Shown here in pieces: positions 29,162 to 38,284 of a DNA stretch of 64,000 bases. A program made the translations under genes and the position numbers. The notes beneath the pieces are model-generated. The model was not told the DNA's origin. It was given only the letters and a program-made list of their open reading frames with translations, and did no database searches. The stretch comes from Clostridiales bacterium (GTDB taxonomy: Bacteria > Bacillota > Clostridia > Lachnospirales > Lachnospiraceae). The stretch is from positions 24,125-88,124 of the forward strand of contig JAJQAA010000019.1 in NCBI GenBank assembly GCA_021204045.1, in the 5' to 3' direction. Numbering within the stretch: position 1 is the stretch's first letter; each line of letters begins with the position of its first letter.

Positions 29162-30115
29162 CTACAGCCACCCCTCAAGTGTCTTCCCCCAGGCTTCTGT
29201 CAGACGCTCCAGCGACCAGACCGCGTTCGCGGGGCTGGTGGAGGGACATTTCACAGCCTCGCGGTTCGTCTTCTCTTTGCAATATTTTTTGTACAGGCGG
29301 AACGCCTCCGAGCCGTTGGCGCAGATGATCTCAATCGGCGCTTTTTCAAGAATACGGTTTATGTCATTGGGAATCACGTTGCGGATACTTAAATCGCTCG
29401 AGCCAAGAATATCGCATTCTTCCACGACGTCCCAGAGAGCGATTCGGTTCTCCAGCAAAAACCTGGTTTTCTCCTCGATCGTCTCCGGCATATCCTGCCC
29501 GGTCAGCGCCGCTAAAAGTTTCCAGAAGCGGTTCTGCGGGTGGCCGTAATAAAAGCTGGTCTCCCGCGATTTTACAGACGGGAAGCTGCCGAGAATCAGG
29601 ATCCGCGAATGCCGGTCATACACCGGCTCGAACCCGTGCTTCGCGTGGACGTAGCCCGGAGGCAGTTCTTCCGCGATGTATTCCTCCGGCTCCAGTTTCT
29701 GACGACGGCGGCTGAGCGGCGCCGCGACGCCCCCGTCCCTGGCGATGGAAAGCACAAAAGAATTGATCCGCAGCTCATTTTCTTTATAAAGCCCCATACT
29801 CTGATACAGATCCTTATAGCTCTCCAGCAGGCGGAACCGCAGCGTCACCGTCGTAGCCTTCTTCCACTCGGTATTAGCCAGACTCCCCTTGCGTTTCATA
29901 TAATAATAAACCGGGCTCTGGACCGCCGTAAAACGCTCGGCGTAACGGATAAAACTGAGGTTAAACAGGAAATCCTCGCACCAGCGCAGCTCCGTATCCA
30001 TCACCAGATTGTGTTCCTCGATAATGCGGCGGCGGTATAATTTATTCCACAGTACCCCATAATAATAATCGGCCGGATCCTGCATCATATATTCCGCGTA
30101 TTCCTCCCGGCTCAT
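29162..30115 (-). CDS. Continuous ORF joining the C-terminal part of a GT2 glycosyltransferase to a DNA-deoxyinosine (hypoxanthine) glycosylase / UDG-superfamily domain
   Basis: The N-terminal ~140 aa (ADYYYGVLWNKLYRRRIIEEHN...) are the usual C-terminal region of GT2 enzymes. The C-terminal ~175 aa carry GSFPS, GHPQNRFW and STSPAN. No stop and no ATG/GTG/TTG lies between the two parts. Confidence 0.6.
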   Translation of the reverse strand: MSREEYAEYMMQDPADYYYGVLWNKLYRRRIIEEHNLVMDTELRWCEDFLFNLSFIRYAERFTAVQSPVYYYMKRKGSLANTEWKKATTVTLRFRLLESYKDLYQSMGLYKENELRINSFVLSIARDGGVAAPLSRRRQKLEPEEYIAEELPPGYVHAKHGFEPVYDRHSRILILGSFPSVKSRETSFYYGHPQNRFWKLLAALTGQDMPETIEEKTRFLLENRIALWDVVEECDILGSSDLSIRNVIPNDINRILEKAPIEIICANGSEAFRLYKKYCKEKTNREAVKCPSTSPANAVWSLERLTEAWGKTLEGWL

Positions 30116-30136
30116 ATTGCCTCGCTGGCGGATGTG

Positions 30137-30526
30137 CTACTTCTCCGTATAGACGTCTTTCTCGACACGATAGAAATCTGCGATCACCAGATCGCTGTCA
30201 TAACGTTTTGCCGCTCCCGCAAAAATCTCGCTGGCGTCCTCGCTCAGCCAGTCGTCACAGTCCATAAACTGCAGATACTCACCCGAAGCCTGCGCGATCG
30301 CGCGGTTGCGGCTGTCGGACGCGCCGCTGTTTTCCTTCGCGATCACGTGAAAACGCGCATCCGCCGCCTCATATTCCCGGCAGATCGCCAGACTCCCGTC
30401 CGAACTTCCATCGTCCACAACGATAATCTCCATGTCCCGGAAGGTCTGTCCGGCGACGCTGTCCAGGCATCTTCTTAAATATTTTTCTCCATTATATACC
30501 GGAATAATCAGTGAAATAAACGGCAT
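30137..30526 (-). pseudogene. GT2 glycosyltransferase N-terminal catalytic part, ended by an in-frame TAG
   Basis: MPFISLIIPVYNGEKYL, VDDGSSDGS, MDCDDW (DxD). A TAG at 30139..30137 is followed in the same frame by HIRQRGN and then the ATG of ORF 29162..30115. Confidence 0.6.
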
Positions 30527-30541
30527 CGCCCACCCTCCCAA

Positions 30542-31021
30542 TCAATCCAGAACAACATCCGAATCCAGAATATACATCGTAAACACTCCGACCGCGATAA
30601 GCGTCTCCTTCTCATCTACGACCCGGCACTCAACGACGCCGGTATGCCTGCCCATATGCAGCGGACGGGCGATGGCCTTCAGGCAGCTTTCCTCAATCGA
30701 ACCGGCGTGCAGATAATTGAGCTTACCTTCAAGCGTGACACAGTTTTTGCCACGGGTTCGCACCATCGCCCCCGCCGCCGTGTCCGCAATCGTATAAATC
30801 GCCCCGCCATGTACAATGGATGCTGAATTTTTGTGCCGCTCATCCGTAACCATCTCAACTTCCGCGTAATCCTCCCTCACCACGGTCAGCTTCGCATTAA
30901 TCCATTCCGGAAACAGATTGTGCCTGTTAAAATGATCCTTGTAACGTTCCCAGTCCATACGATGATCCTCCAACGGTGTATTTCGCATTTCATTATAAAA
31001 AGAAAATCCAGGCTCTGTCAA
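30542..31021 (-). CDS. PaaI-family hotdog thioesterase
   Basis: 159 aa. HGGAIYTIADTAAGAMV motif. Confidence 0.7.
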   Translation of the reverse strand: MTEPGFSFYNEMRNTPLEDHRMDWERYKDHFNRHNLFPEWINAKLTVVREDYAEVEMVTDERHKNSASIVHGGAIYTIADTAAGAMVRTRGKNCVTLEGKLNYLHAGSIEESCLKAIARPLHMGRHTGVVECRVVDEKETLIAVGVFTMYILDSDVVLD

Positions 31022-31035
31022 TCCTGGATATTCAA

Positions 31036-31078
31036 AAACTCTCTGAAACTCTCTGTGCTCTCTGTGGGAATTTCTCTG
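31036..31078. repeat. Short direct repeats (AAACTCTCTG x2, then further CTCTG copies) in a divergent promoter region
   Basis: aaactctctg aaactctctg tgctctctg tgggaatttctctg. CTCTG occurs at 31041, 31051, 31060 and 31074. Confidence 0.8.
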
Positions 31079-31181
31079 TCCGCAATCAGAAAATCTCCGT
31101 GTCTGTAATCTCTTGACAAAATGAAAAATTATGATAATCTATGATTAATCGCTGATTTTCATAAAAAACAGGAGGCATGCA

Positions 31182-32405
31182 ATGGAATATATCTTACGGG
31201 AACTGGAACGAAAATTCCGAAAACTCAATGATTTTTTCAAGGTAATTCTTGTCACCGGAGCCAGACAGGTAGGCAAAACAACCATGCTGAAACACCTGGC
31301 TGAAAACAACCGGACCTATGTCACGATGGATAACGCAATGGCGAGAGAGCTTGCGCAATCCGATCCGGTGCTGTTCTTCCAGACTTACAAACCGCCAATT
31401 CTCATTGACGAGGTACAGAAAGCACCGGAATTGTTTGAGCAGATCAAGATTATCTGCGATGAGAGCGATGAAAAAGGATTCATCTGGCTTACCGGCTCTC
31501 AACAATACAGGATGATGACAAAAGTGCGTGAAACGCTTGCCGGAAGAATCGGGATTCTGGAGCTATACAGCCTGTCAGCAAGAGAAAAAGCCGGACTTGT
31601 ATTTGATACGGATCTGGATTTTTCACTAAAGACCCTGCAGGCCAGACAACGCAAAATGCCTAAAAATGATATTCTGCAGGTATTCCGTCACATCTGGGAA
31701 GGAGGTATGCCGCAGGTACAGGGCGTGGACGAAGAACTCAGGCAGGAGTATTTCAATTCCTATGTCGATACCTATCTGATACGTGATGTTACCGAGGCCG
31801 GAGGCATTACCGATGTGGTTAGGTTCCGCAGATTTCTGGCGGGCTGCGCTGCTCTTGTATCGGAACCGGTCAATTACACTACTCTCGCCGAGTCCGCTGA
31901 TATTGCCCCGTCCACAGCAAAAGAATGGCTCAATGTGCTTGTAGGGCTGCATATTATCTACCTGCTGGCGCCTTATTCCAATAATGAGCTGAAGTGGCTT
32001 AGCAAAACACCAAAGCTATACTTTAGCGATACGGGATTATGCGCCTATCTCTCTATGTGGCTGACGCCGGATACCCTGCGAAATGGCGCCGCAAGCGGTC
32101 ATTATTATGAAAATTACGTAGTAATGGAGCTTGTAAAAAACTATGCCTACGCGAAGTCCCGGGTGAACCTTTCCTACTTCCGCGATTCCAACGCAAAGGA
32201 AATCGATGTTTTTGTCGAGGAAAACAATATCATTCATCCTCTGGAAATCAAAAAGAGTGCCGCGCCCGATCGCCGTGAAGTCAAAAAATACCATGTACTT
32301 GACAAGACATCCCTGCATCGCGGCAACGGCGGTATCATTTGTATGTGCGAAGAACCGATTCCGATTGACGATGAAAACTGCTTTATTCCCAGCAACCTGA
32401 TCTGA
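31182..32405 (+). CDS. AAA+ ATPase with DUF4143-type C-terminal domain (AAA_14 family)
   Basis: 407 aa. Walker A GARQVGKTT, Walker B ILIDEVQ. AGGAGG RBS. Locally AT-richer than the flanks. Confidence 0.75.
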   Translation: MEYILRELERKFRKLNDFFKVILVTGARQVGKTTMLKHLAENNRTYVTMDNAMARELAQSDPVLFFQTYKPPILIDEVQKAPELFEQIKIICDESDEKGFIWLTGSQQYRMMTKVRETLAGRIGILELYSLSAREKAGLVFDTDLDFSLKTLQARQRKMPKNDILQVFRHIWEGGMPQVQGVDEELRQEYFNSYVDTYLIRDVTEAGGITDVVRFRRFLAGCAALVSEPVNYTTLAESADIAPSTAKEWLNVLVGLHIIYLLAPYSNNELKWLSKTPKLYFSDTGLCAYLSMWLTPDTLRNGAASGHYYENYVVMELVKNYAYAKSRVNLSYFRDSNAKEIDVFVEENNIIHPLEIKKSAAPDRREVKKYHVLDKTSLHRGNGGIICMCEEPIPIDDENCFIPSNLI

Positions 32406-32409
32406 GCCG

Positions 32410-33495
32410 TTACTTATTTTTGTATTCCTCAAAAGCGGAAAGCTTCGCACCGAGCTCTCCCAGCTCTTCCGGCCGGATCGCCCAGATCACCTCGCGGCAG
32501 CTGCCCATCAGCTCCCGCGCCCGCAAAAGCGCTGTCTCACTGACCAGGGTAAACGGCTTTACGCTGACCACCTCCGCCGCCAAAGCCCGTGCCGCCGGAT
32601 AGTCGATATCGTTCTCCCAAAGGATCCCGGTCGCGAACGGAACGCCCTCCCGCTGCAACCTGCGAAAAACCGACGTGCCGCGGCCGTTTCCCGCCACCAC
32701 AAAGACCTCCGGCGCGCCCGCCGGGGCCGCAAGTTCCACGCTTCCGCTGAGTCCGTCATAGGAACCGGCGCGAATTCCGTACAGCTCCGGTATATAGCCG
32801 GGCACAAAAATTTCCTCTGGCGTTCCGAAACGATCAATCCGATCTTCCATGACACAGGCGATCCGGTCAGAAACACGCTCCGCCAGATCAAGTTCATGCA
32901 AAGACATGACCACCGCCACCCGCCGTCTGCGACAAAGCTGCTGCAACACAGAAAGGAACTCCAGCTTGTAGCGGACGTCGAGAAAAGAAGTCGGTTCATC
33001 CAGCACAAGAAGATCCGGCTCCTGGCAGATCGCCCGCGCCAGCATTACACGCTGCTTCTGTCCATCGCTGATCTTCCCGAAATCCCGATCCGCCAGATCA
33101 GCAATCTGCACCAGCTCCATGGCCTCGCGCACGATTTTCCGATCTCCTTCCGCAAGCAGACCAAAGCGCCCGGTATAGGGATAACGGCCCATCGCCACCA
33201 CTTCCCCGCAGGTCATCAGCTCCGTGCGCAGCCGCTCGGTCAGCACCACGGAGATCGTTTTCGACCGCTCACTGCCGCTCATGCCTGCCATATCGCGTCC
33301 ATCCAGCCACACGCTTCCCGCGACCGGCTCCAGCTGCCGGATAATACTCTTAAGAATCGTCGTCTTTCCGGCTCCATTCGGGCCGATCAGCGTCAGAATT
33401 TCCCCTTTTTTTAATGACAACTCGATATCGCGCACAACCGGCACACCATCATAGCCCACCGTCAGACCTTTTGTATTAAAAAAATATTCTTCCAT
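32410..33495 (-). CDS. Iron-siderophore/cobalamin-type ABC transporter ATP-binding protein with an extra ~110-aa C-terminal domain
   Basis: GPNGAGKTT, ISDGQKQRV, LLVLDEPTSFLD. At 361 aa it is ~100 aa longer than typical FecE/BtuD proteins. Confidence 0.85.
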   Translation of the reverse strand: MEEYFFNTKGLTVGYDGVPVVRDIELSLKKGEILTLIGPNGAGKTTILKSIIRQLEPVAGSVWLDGRDMAGMSGSERSKTISVVLTERLRTELMTCGEVVAMGRYPYTGRFGLLAEGDRKIVREAMELVQIADLADRDFGKISDGQKQRVMLARAICQEPDLLVLDEPTSFLDVRYKLEFLSVLQQLCRRRRVAVVMSLHELDLAERVSDRIACVMEDRIDRFGTPEEIFVPGYIPELYGIRAGSYDGLSGSVELAAPAGAPEVFVVAGNGRGTSVFRRLQREGVPFATGILWENDIDYPAARALAAEVVSVKPFTLVSETALLRARELMGSCREVIWAIRPEELGELGAKLSAFEEYKNK

Positions 33496-34661
33496 CAGGC
33501 CCTCCTTCTGCGCAAAAGAACAGCAATTACCACCGGCGCGCCAAATATTGCCGTGACCGTACTGATACCCAGCTCCGTCGGCGCGAACAGCACCCGCGCA
33601 ATCAGATCGCAGAACAGGCAGAAAACCGCCCCGCCCAGAAAGCAGGCGGGAATCATCAGAATCGGGCGCGCCGTTCCGAACAGGCGCTTAACCAGCTGCG
33701 GTACCGCAATTCCCACAAAGGAAACCGGTCCCGCGAAAGCGGTAACGCAGGCGGAAAGGACGCTGGAAAGCAGCACCAGCAACGCCCCGAACAGGCGCAC
33801 ATTCAGTCCCACGCTGCGCGCGTAGGCCTCGCCCAGCTGCCAGGCACTCATCGGCTTCGCCATCAGAAAAGTAAAAAAAGAAGCGGCAAAAATCACCGCC
33901 GCCATCACCGCGACATTATCCCAGCTGATCCCGGAAAAACTGCCCTTCGACCAGTTGTGCAGATTGACAATGTCCGCGTCGTCCGCAAAGGTGACCACAA
34001 AATCCGTAGCCGCCGAGCAGATATAGCCGATCATCACGCCGCTGACAATCAGCATCGACATCCGCTCCACAGCCCGCGACATCAGCAGCACCAGCCCCAT
34101 CGAAATCATCGCTCCCGCGAAGGCGGCCGCAATCATCATCACGGAACTGACCGAAACCGCGGCTTTCAGCGCCGCCACCAGCATCAGAGCCACCACCAGT
34201 TTTGCGCCTGAGGAAATTCCCAGAATAAACGGCCCGGCAATCGGGTTGTGGAAAAAGGTCTGCAGAAGGTAGCCGGACAGCGCCAGGCCGCCGCCAAGGA
34301 TCGCCGCCGCCAGCGCCCGCGGCAGGCGGATCTGGAGCACAATATCCGCGTACAAAGAAACTGTCCCCACGCCGGATCCGTTTCCTTCGGACAGATTTTG
34401 GCCAGACATTACTCCGCCAGACAACTTCTCGCCAAGCAGTTCCCCGCCGGACATCTTCCCGCCAGATATCGCCTCCATGACCGCGCGAACCGGGATATTT
34501 ACACTCCCCACGCACACATTGACTGCCAGAAGGAGTAGTGCTAGCACCGCCAACGCAAAAAAGGCCGTTCCATATCGGCCATAATTCAGCATCTGCCCGG
34601 ATTTCGTTATTCTTTTATCTCTTACCTTCCGGTCGTGTTCCATCATCATCCCCTGTTTCAC
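33495..34661 (-). CDS. FecCD/BtuC-type ABC permease
   Basis: 388 aa, many transmembrane segments, FecCD-like (RLPRALAAAILGGGLALSG). Start is GTG at 34661 or ATG at 34649/34646/34643. Contains a low-complexity SGG/MSG-rich insert. Confidence 0.8.
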   Translation of the reverse strand: MKQGMMMEHDRKVRDKRITKSGQMLNYGRYGTAFFALAVLALLLLAVNVCVGSVNIPVRAVMEAISGGKMSGGELLGEKLSGGVMSGQNLSEGNGSGVGTVSLYADIVLQIRLPRALAAAILGGGLALSGYLLQTFFHNPIAGPFILGISSGAKLVVALMLVAALKAAVSVSSVMMIAAAFAGAMISMGLVLLMSRAVERMSMLIVSGVMIGYICSAATDFVVTFADDADIVNLHNWSKGSFSGISWDNVAVMAAVIFAASFFTFLMAKPMSAWQLGEAYARSVGLNVRLFGALLVLLSSVLSACVTAFAGPVSFVGIAVPQLVKRLFGTARPILMIPACFLGGAVFCLFCDLIARVLFAPTELGISTVTAIFGAPVVIAVLLRRRRA

Positions 34662-34740
34662 GCTATTCCATCTTTCACGCTATTCCATTTTCGCACTATC
34701 CCATTCTTCGCGCTATTTTCATCTTTCGCACTATTCCAGC
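34656..34740. repeat. Five tandem 17-bp repeats filling the SBP-permease intercistronic gap
   Basis: Plus-strand units: tttcacgctattccatc, tttcacgctattccatt, ttcgcactatcccattc, ttcgcgctattttcatc, tttcgcactattccagc. Confidence 0.9.
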
Positions 34741-36449
34741 CTGTAAAAATAGCTCAGTTCCCGATCGTTCCCCATTAACATGCTGTGCAGATCGGCTGCG
34801 ATCGTCCCCAATGCCATGGAAGACTGATAAAGATTTTTTTTCGTGCAATATACCTGCCCGGACTGCACCGCCCGGAAACCGGAAAATAACGGACTTTTCT
34901 CAAGAAGCTGATTGATCGCGCCCAGCTCTCCTTCGATCGTGCTGTTGTAAATCAGATAATCCGCATCCCTGGCCGTGGCGTAAAATTCCTCCATCTGCAG
35001 AGTAACTGTGGATGACGCTCCTTCCGTATCCGTCCCAAGGTCATCAAAAATATAATCCCCGCCCGCCAGTTCCATCAGACGCACCAGATAATCGGTGCCG
35101 CGGCGCACATGGATCTCCCCGTTCGCGGTAATATAAAAAAAGGCCACCGTTTTTCCCGCCGCTTCCGTCCGGTCGATCGCCGAAAACTCTTCCTGCACTG
35201 CGTCGAAAGCCGCTTCGGCTTCTGTCTCTTTTCCGGTCAGCAGGCCGTACAGCTTTACCCATTCCACCCGACCCAACGGTTCGGTCTCATAGCTGGAACA
35301 ATCTACCAGTACCGGTACTCCTAAGCGCTCCAGCTGTTCCTTCACCTCAGGTGTGTGATAGATCATCGTATTCTCGATCGCCAGATCACAGTCCTGCGCA
35401 AGAAGCTGTTCGTAATCCGGCGCGGAGTAATTTCCCGCATAACGAATATCCCCCGCTTCCATCGCCGTCCGGGCTTCTTCGATATACCAGCTGTCCGCCT
35501 TTAATCCGGAAAAACGGATCGCATTGACAGCATCCAGCGACACAAACATATCCATCGCCGCGGAAGCCGCCAGATAACCGTTTTTGACCGGCTGCCGCAG
35601 CACGACGATATCCGCGGCCAGATCCCCCGGAACAGTCATCGCTTCCGGCACCACCAGATAATGAGCACTGCCCGCGATCGTCGCCAGCGCACAGCGCTGT
35701 CCTTCATAATCATAGTAATCCACGGAAAATTGCCGCGCACTGACAAGTTCCATACTACCGGCGTAAGTCAGAGCCGCGCTGACAAACGGTCGCTCGGCAA
35801 GTGATTGATCGGCAGATGATTGGTCGGCAAGTGATTGATCGGCAGGCGGCCACCCATTCAGCAACTGCTCCCTCCGGGACAGACCGCCGTCCCTGCTGCC
35901 GCGGGTATTCGCATCGTCTGAATGTTCCGCCACAAATTCCCGGTCTGATCCCCCATTATTTGTCTCCAAAATGCTTTCGGAATCGAAGGTAAGCGTATAC
36001 GCGATCTCATGCGGCGCGCCCATCGCCGTCGTGTCCGCGGTCACTGTCAGCGGCTCATCAAACTCCGCGACCGGGATCTCGAAAACTGAATTGCCCTCCG
36101 CATTAACCGGGAAATATTTCTCACCGTCCACCATCATATAATCATAATGGGAACTGCTCCACATAATGCGCGCAAACGCCTGACCATCGCTCATCGTCAG
36201 CAGGGCCGGAGAGGCCACAAAGGCCCTCCCGCTGCCGCCCTCTAATGCCACCGCGATGAGGTATTCGCCATCCGCCGGTCTTCCGGATGTGCTTTCTTCA
36301 AAGCCGGCATTCTCCGAGGCCATGCTTTCCGAAGCCACGCCTCCCGAAGCTGCGTCTCCCGAAGATACGCCCTCAGGTCCACATCCTGACAGACCCAAGA
36401 GGAGGCTTACAATGAGCGTAAAAACAATTAATATTTTTCTCATGATCAA
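34731..36449 (-). CDS. Periplasmic-binding-protein (BtuF/FhuD-type) lipoprotein with an extra N-terminal domain
   Basis: Lipobox LLGLSGCG. At 572 aa it is ~250 aa longer than ordinary cluster-A SBPs. Contains a 15-bp x3 coding repeat at 35801..35845 (DQSLADQSSADQSLA). Confidence 0.75.
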   Translation of the reverse strand: MIMRKILIVFTLIVSLLLGLSGCGPEGVSSGDAASGGVASESMASENAGFEESTSGRPADGEYLIAVALEGGSGRAFVASPALLTMSDGQAFARIMWSSSHYDYMMVDGEKYFPVNAEGNSVFEIPVAEFDEPLTVTADTTAMGAPHEIAYTLTFDSESILETNNGGSDREFVAEHSDDANTRGSRDGGLSRREQLLNGWPPADQSLADQSSADQSLAERPFVSAALTYAGSMELVSARQFSVDYYDYEGQRCALATIAGSAHYLVVPEAMTVPGDLAADIVVLRQPVKNGYLAASAAMDMFVSLDAVNAIRFSGLKADSWYIEEARTAMEAGDIRYAGNYSAPDYEQLLAQDCDLAIENTMIYHTPEVKEQLERLGVPVLVDCSSYETEPLGRVEWVKLYGLLTGKETEAEAAFDAVQEEFSAIDRTEAAGKTVAFFYITANGEIHVRRGTDYLVRLMELAGGDYIFDDLGTDTEGASSTVTLQMEEFYATARDADYLIYNSTIEGELGAINQLLEKSPLFSGFRAVQSGQVYCTKKNLYQSSMALGTIAADLHSMLMGNDRELSYFYRLE

Positions 36450-36464
36450 CGATCAATCCGTCCA

Positions 36465-38123
36465 TCACTCTGCGGGCTGCGGATCGCTGACGGAAACCTT
36501 ATGGTCATACCATTTCCCCTTTTCCCCAAGCAGCGCCAGGTCAAACTCCATATCCAGCGCCGGAACCGGAACATCAAAACCGTAGACTTCCTCCGTAATG
36601 CCATCGCTGTAAGTGACCTCATCCAACGTCGGTTCCAAAAGCTTTGCGCCGTCCTTCTGCGCGTCCTCAGCCGTTCCGGCAAACAGGTTTACGATATTTT
36701 TCGACACCAGAGAAATATGGATCGTCATGACCCCGTCCTTCACCGTCAGTCTGCCCTTACCCTCATTGGCCTCATTGACATGAAACATGCTGCTATCCGT
36801 GTCAAACGCGGCGAGATACTCGCCATCCGCCGGAAGCAGGACAGAAGCCGCTTCCAGAACCGCCACAGGCTCCGCGTCGAGCGCCGCGGCCGTATGCGCC
36901 ACATAAAGCTCCTGGATCGCCGCGATCCTGCCAAGACCGGCGACCTGCGTCTCTATGCTCTCAAAATTCCCGGAAGCCTCAAACATGCTCAGCCAGGAAT
37001 CGTCGTCCTCGCCCGCCATATCGTTGTTCGCGTGGTCGCCCGCGACCACCATCAGCGGTCGAAGAATGACGTTCGTATACCCTGCTTCCGCTACCGCCTC
37101 AATCACCGCCTCGCAGGCCGTCTCTTCCGGCTCGCCCTCAACCGTGCCGATAAACACGTTCGCGTAGCCCAGCTTTTCCATCTGCGTCTGCATCTGGCTG
37201 TAGGAAATCTTGGCCGTGTGCGAGGTACCATGCCCCATAAACACAAACGCCGTGCCGTCCTTTGCAGCCACGTCTAACGACTCGTATCCGGCCTCGGCGA
37301 CCGCTTCCGCCGTGACCGCTTCCGCCACTGCCTTTTTGTCCGCGTTGATCACCGTCGCGTCGGAGCCAACCTGGCCCAGCAGCGGCTCCGCCACGCGAAC
37401 CGTCTCAAACCGACCGTAATAGTTTTCCACGGCCTCCATCAGCTCGTCATACTCCGCGCCGCGCATCAGATGCGTCGGCTGGATCAGGAGATTTTTCACA
37501 CCATTATTGACAGCGCGCTCCAGCGCCTGATCCATATTGTCAATAAACTCGCCGTCCCGCGCCTGGATATGGTTGATAATGATCTGCGCGGTAAACGCCC
37601 GCCGCACCGACCAATCCGGATAAGCCTCCGCAAGCGCATCCTCGATGCCTTTGATATCCGTCACGCGGCTTTCGTTAAACGAAGTGCCAAAACTCACAAC
37701 CAGCAGCTCATTCTCACCGATATTATCCTGATTGCGCGGATCGTCCAGGGATGCGTCGCCGGTATCCCGGCCAAAATAATCCGGATCGGCCTCCTCGCCC
37801 CCGACCAGCTCCTTCTGCGTGTCCGTCAGTGCGTCCCAGGCCGCCTTCGCCGCGGCGCACTGCTCATCCGTATCCTCCGTCCGCTCCTGCACATAGATCG
37901 CGTCGATCAGCGCCGCCACCTCATCCGCCGCTTCCTGATCGGAGACCGTCTTCTCCGTCTCGCTTTCCTCCGCCTTGCTCTCTGTCTCGGCTGCCGTCTC
38001 CATCTTCACCTCCGTCGTCTCCCCGGCAGCAGCGGCTGACTGCCCGCCGCCCGAACTCTGGCAGCCTGCCAGCAGCACCGCCGCGGCCAGCGCGCAAATC
38101 CGATACCCACATTGTCTCTTCAT
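36465..38123 (-). CDS. Secreted lipoprotein with a CbiK-type (anaerobic cobaltochelatase fold) core and a ~124-aa C-terminal domain
   Basis: Trimmed to MKRQCGYRICALAAAVLLAGCQ (AGAGGAGG RBS, lipobox). CbiK-like blocks LLVVSFGTSF, IQPTHLMRGAEYDEL, FVFMGHGTSH and LRPLMVVAGDHANNDMAG. Confidence 0.75.
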   Translation of the reverse strand: MKRQCGYRICALAAAVLLAGCQSSGGGQSAAAAGETTEVKMETAAETESKAEESETEKTVSDQEAADEVAALIDAIYVQERTEDTDEQCAAAKAAWDALTDTQKELVGGEEADPDYFGRDTGDASLDDPRNQDNIGENELLVVSFGTSFNESRVTDIKGIEDALAEAYPDWSVRRAFTAQIIINHIQARDGEFIDNMDQALERAVNNGVKNLLIQPTHLMRGAEYDELMEAVENYYGRFETVRVAEPLLGQVGSDATVINADKKAVAEAVTAEAVAEAGYESLDVAAKDGTAFVFMGHGTSHTAKISYSQMQTQMEKLGYANVFIGTVEGEPEETACEAVIEAVAEAGYTNVILRPLMVVAGDHANNDMAGEDDDSWLSMFEASGNFESIETQVAGLGRIAAIQELYVAHTAAALDAEPVAVLEAASVLLPADGEYLAAFDTDSSMFHVNEANEGKGRLTVKDGVMTIHISLVSKNIVNLFAGTAEDAQKDGAKLLEPTLDEVTYSDGITEEVYGFDVPVPALDMEFDLALLGEKGKWYDHKVSVSDPQPAE

Positions 38124-38149
38124 GATGTTGTCCTCCTCTTTTCCTTTTT

Positions 38150-38181
38150 GGAACACAAAATGCCTTTCTGCAGAAAGGCAT
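38150..38181 (-). terminator. Expression-platform terminator of the cobalamin riboswitch
   Basis: Minus strand reads GCCTTTCTGCAGAAAGGC followed by ATTTTGTGTT, about 30 nt before the RBS. Confidence 0.6.
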
Positions 38182-38284
38182 CGGTAAGAGGGCGCAATGA
38201 TCTGCAACGGTTCCGGACTGACGGAATCCGCTGCCGTTAATTGTAATTGCGACCAGTTACTCGTGGCCCGGGAACCAGCTGACT

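Noticed and set aside
30137-30139. In-frame TAG as a pyrrolysine or other recoding site
   Set aside because: There are no pyl genes or methylamine methyltransferase context in the window, and a GT2 enzyme has no known need for Pyl. A nonsense mutation or a sequencing error is more parsimonious. It is kept as a finding only because of the odd fusion.
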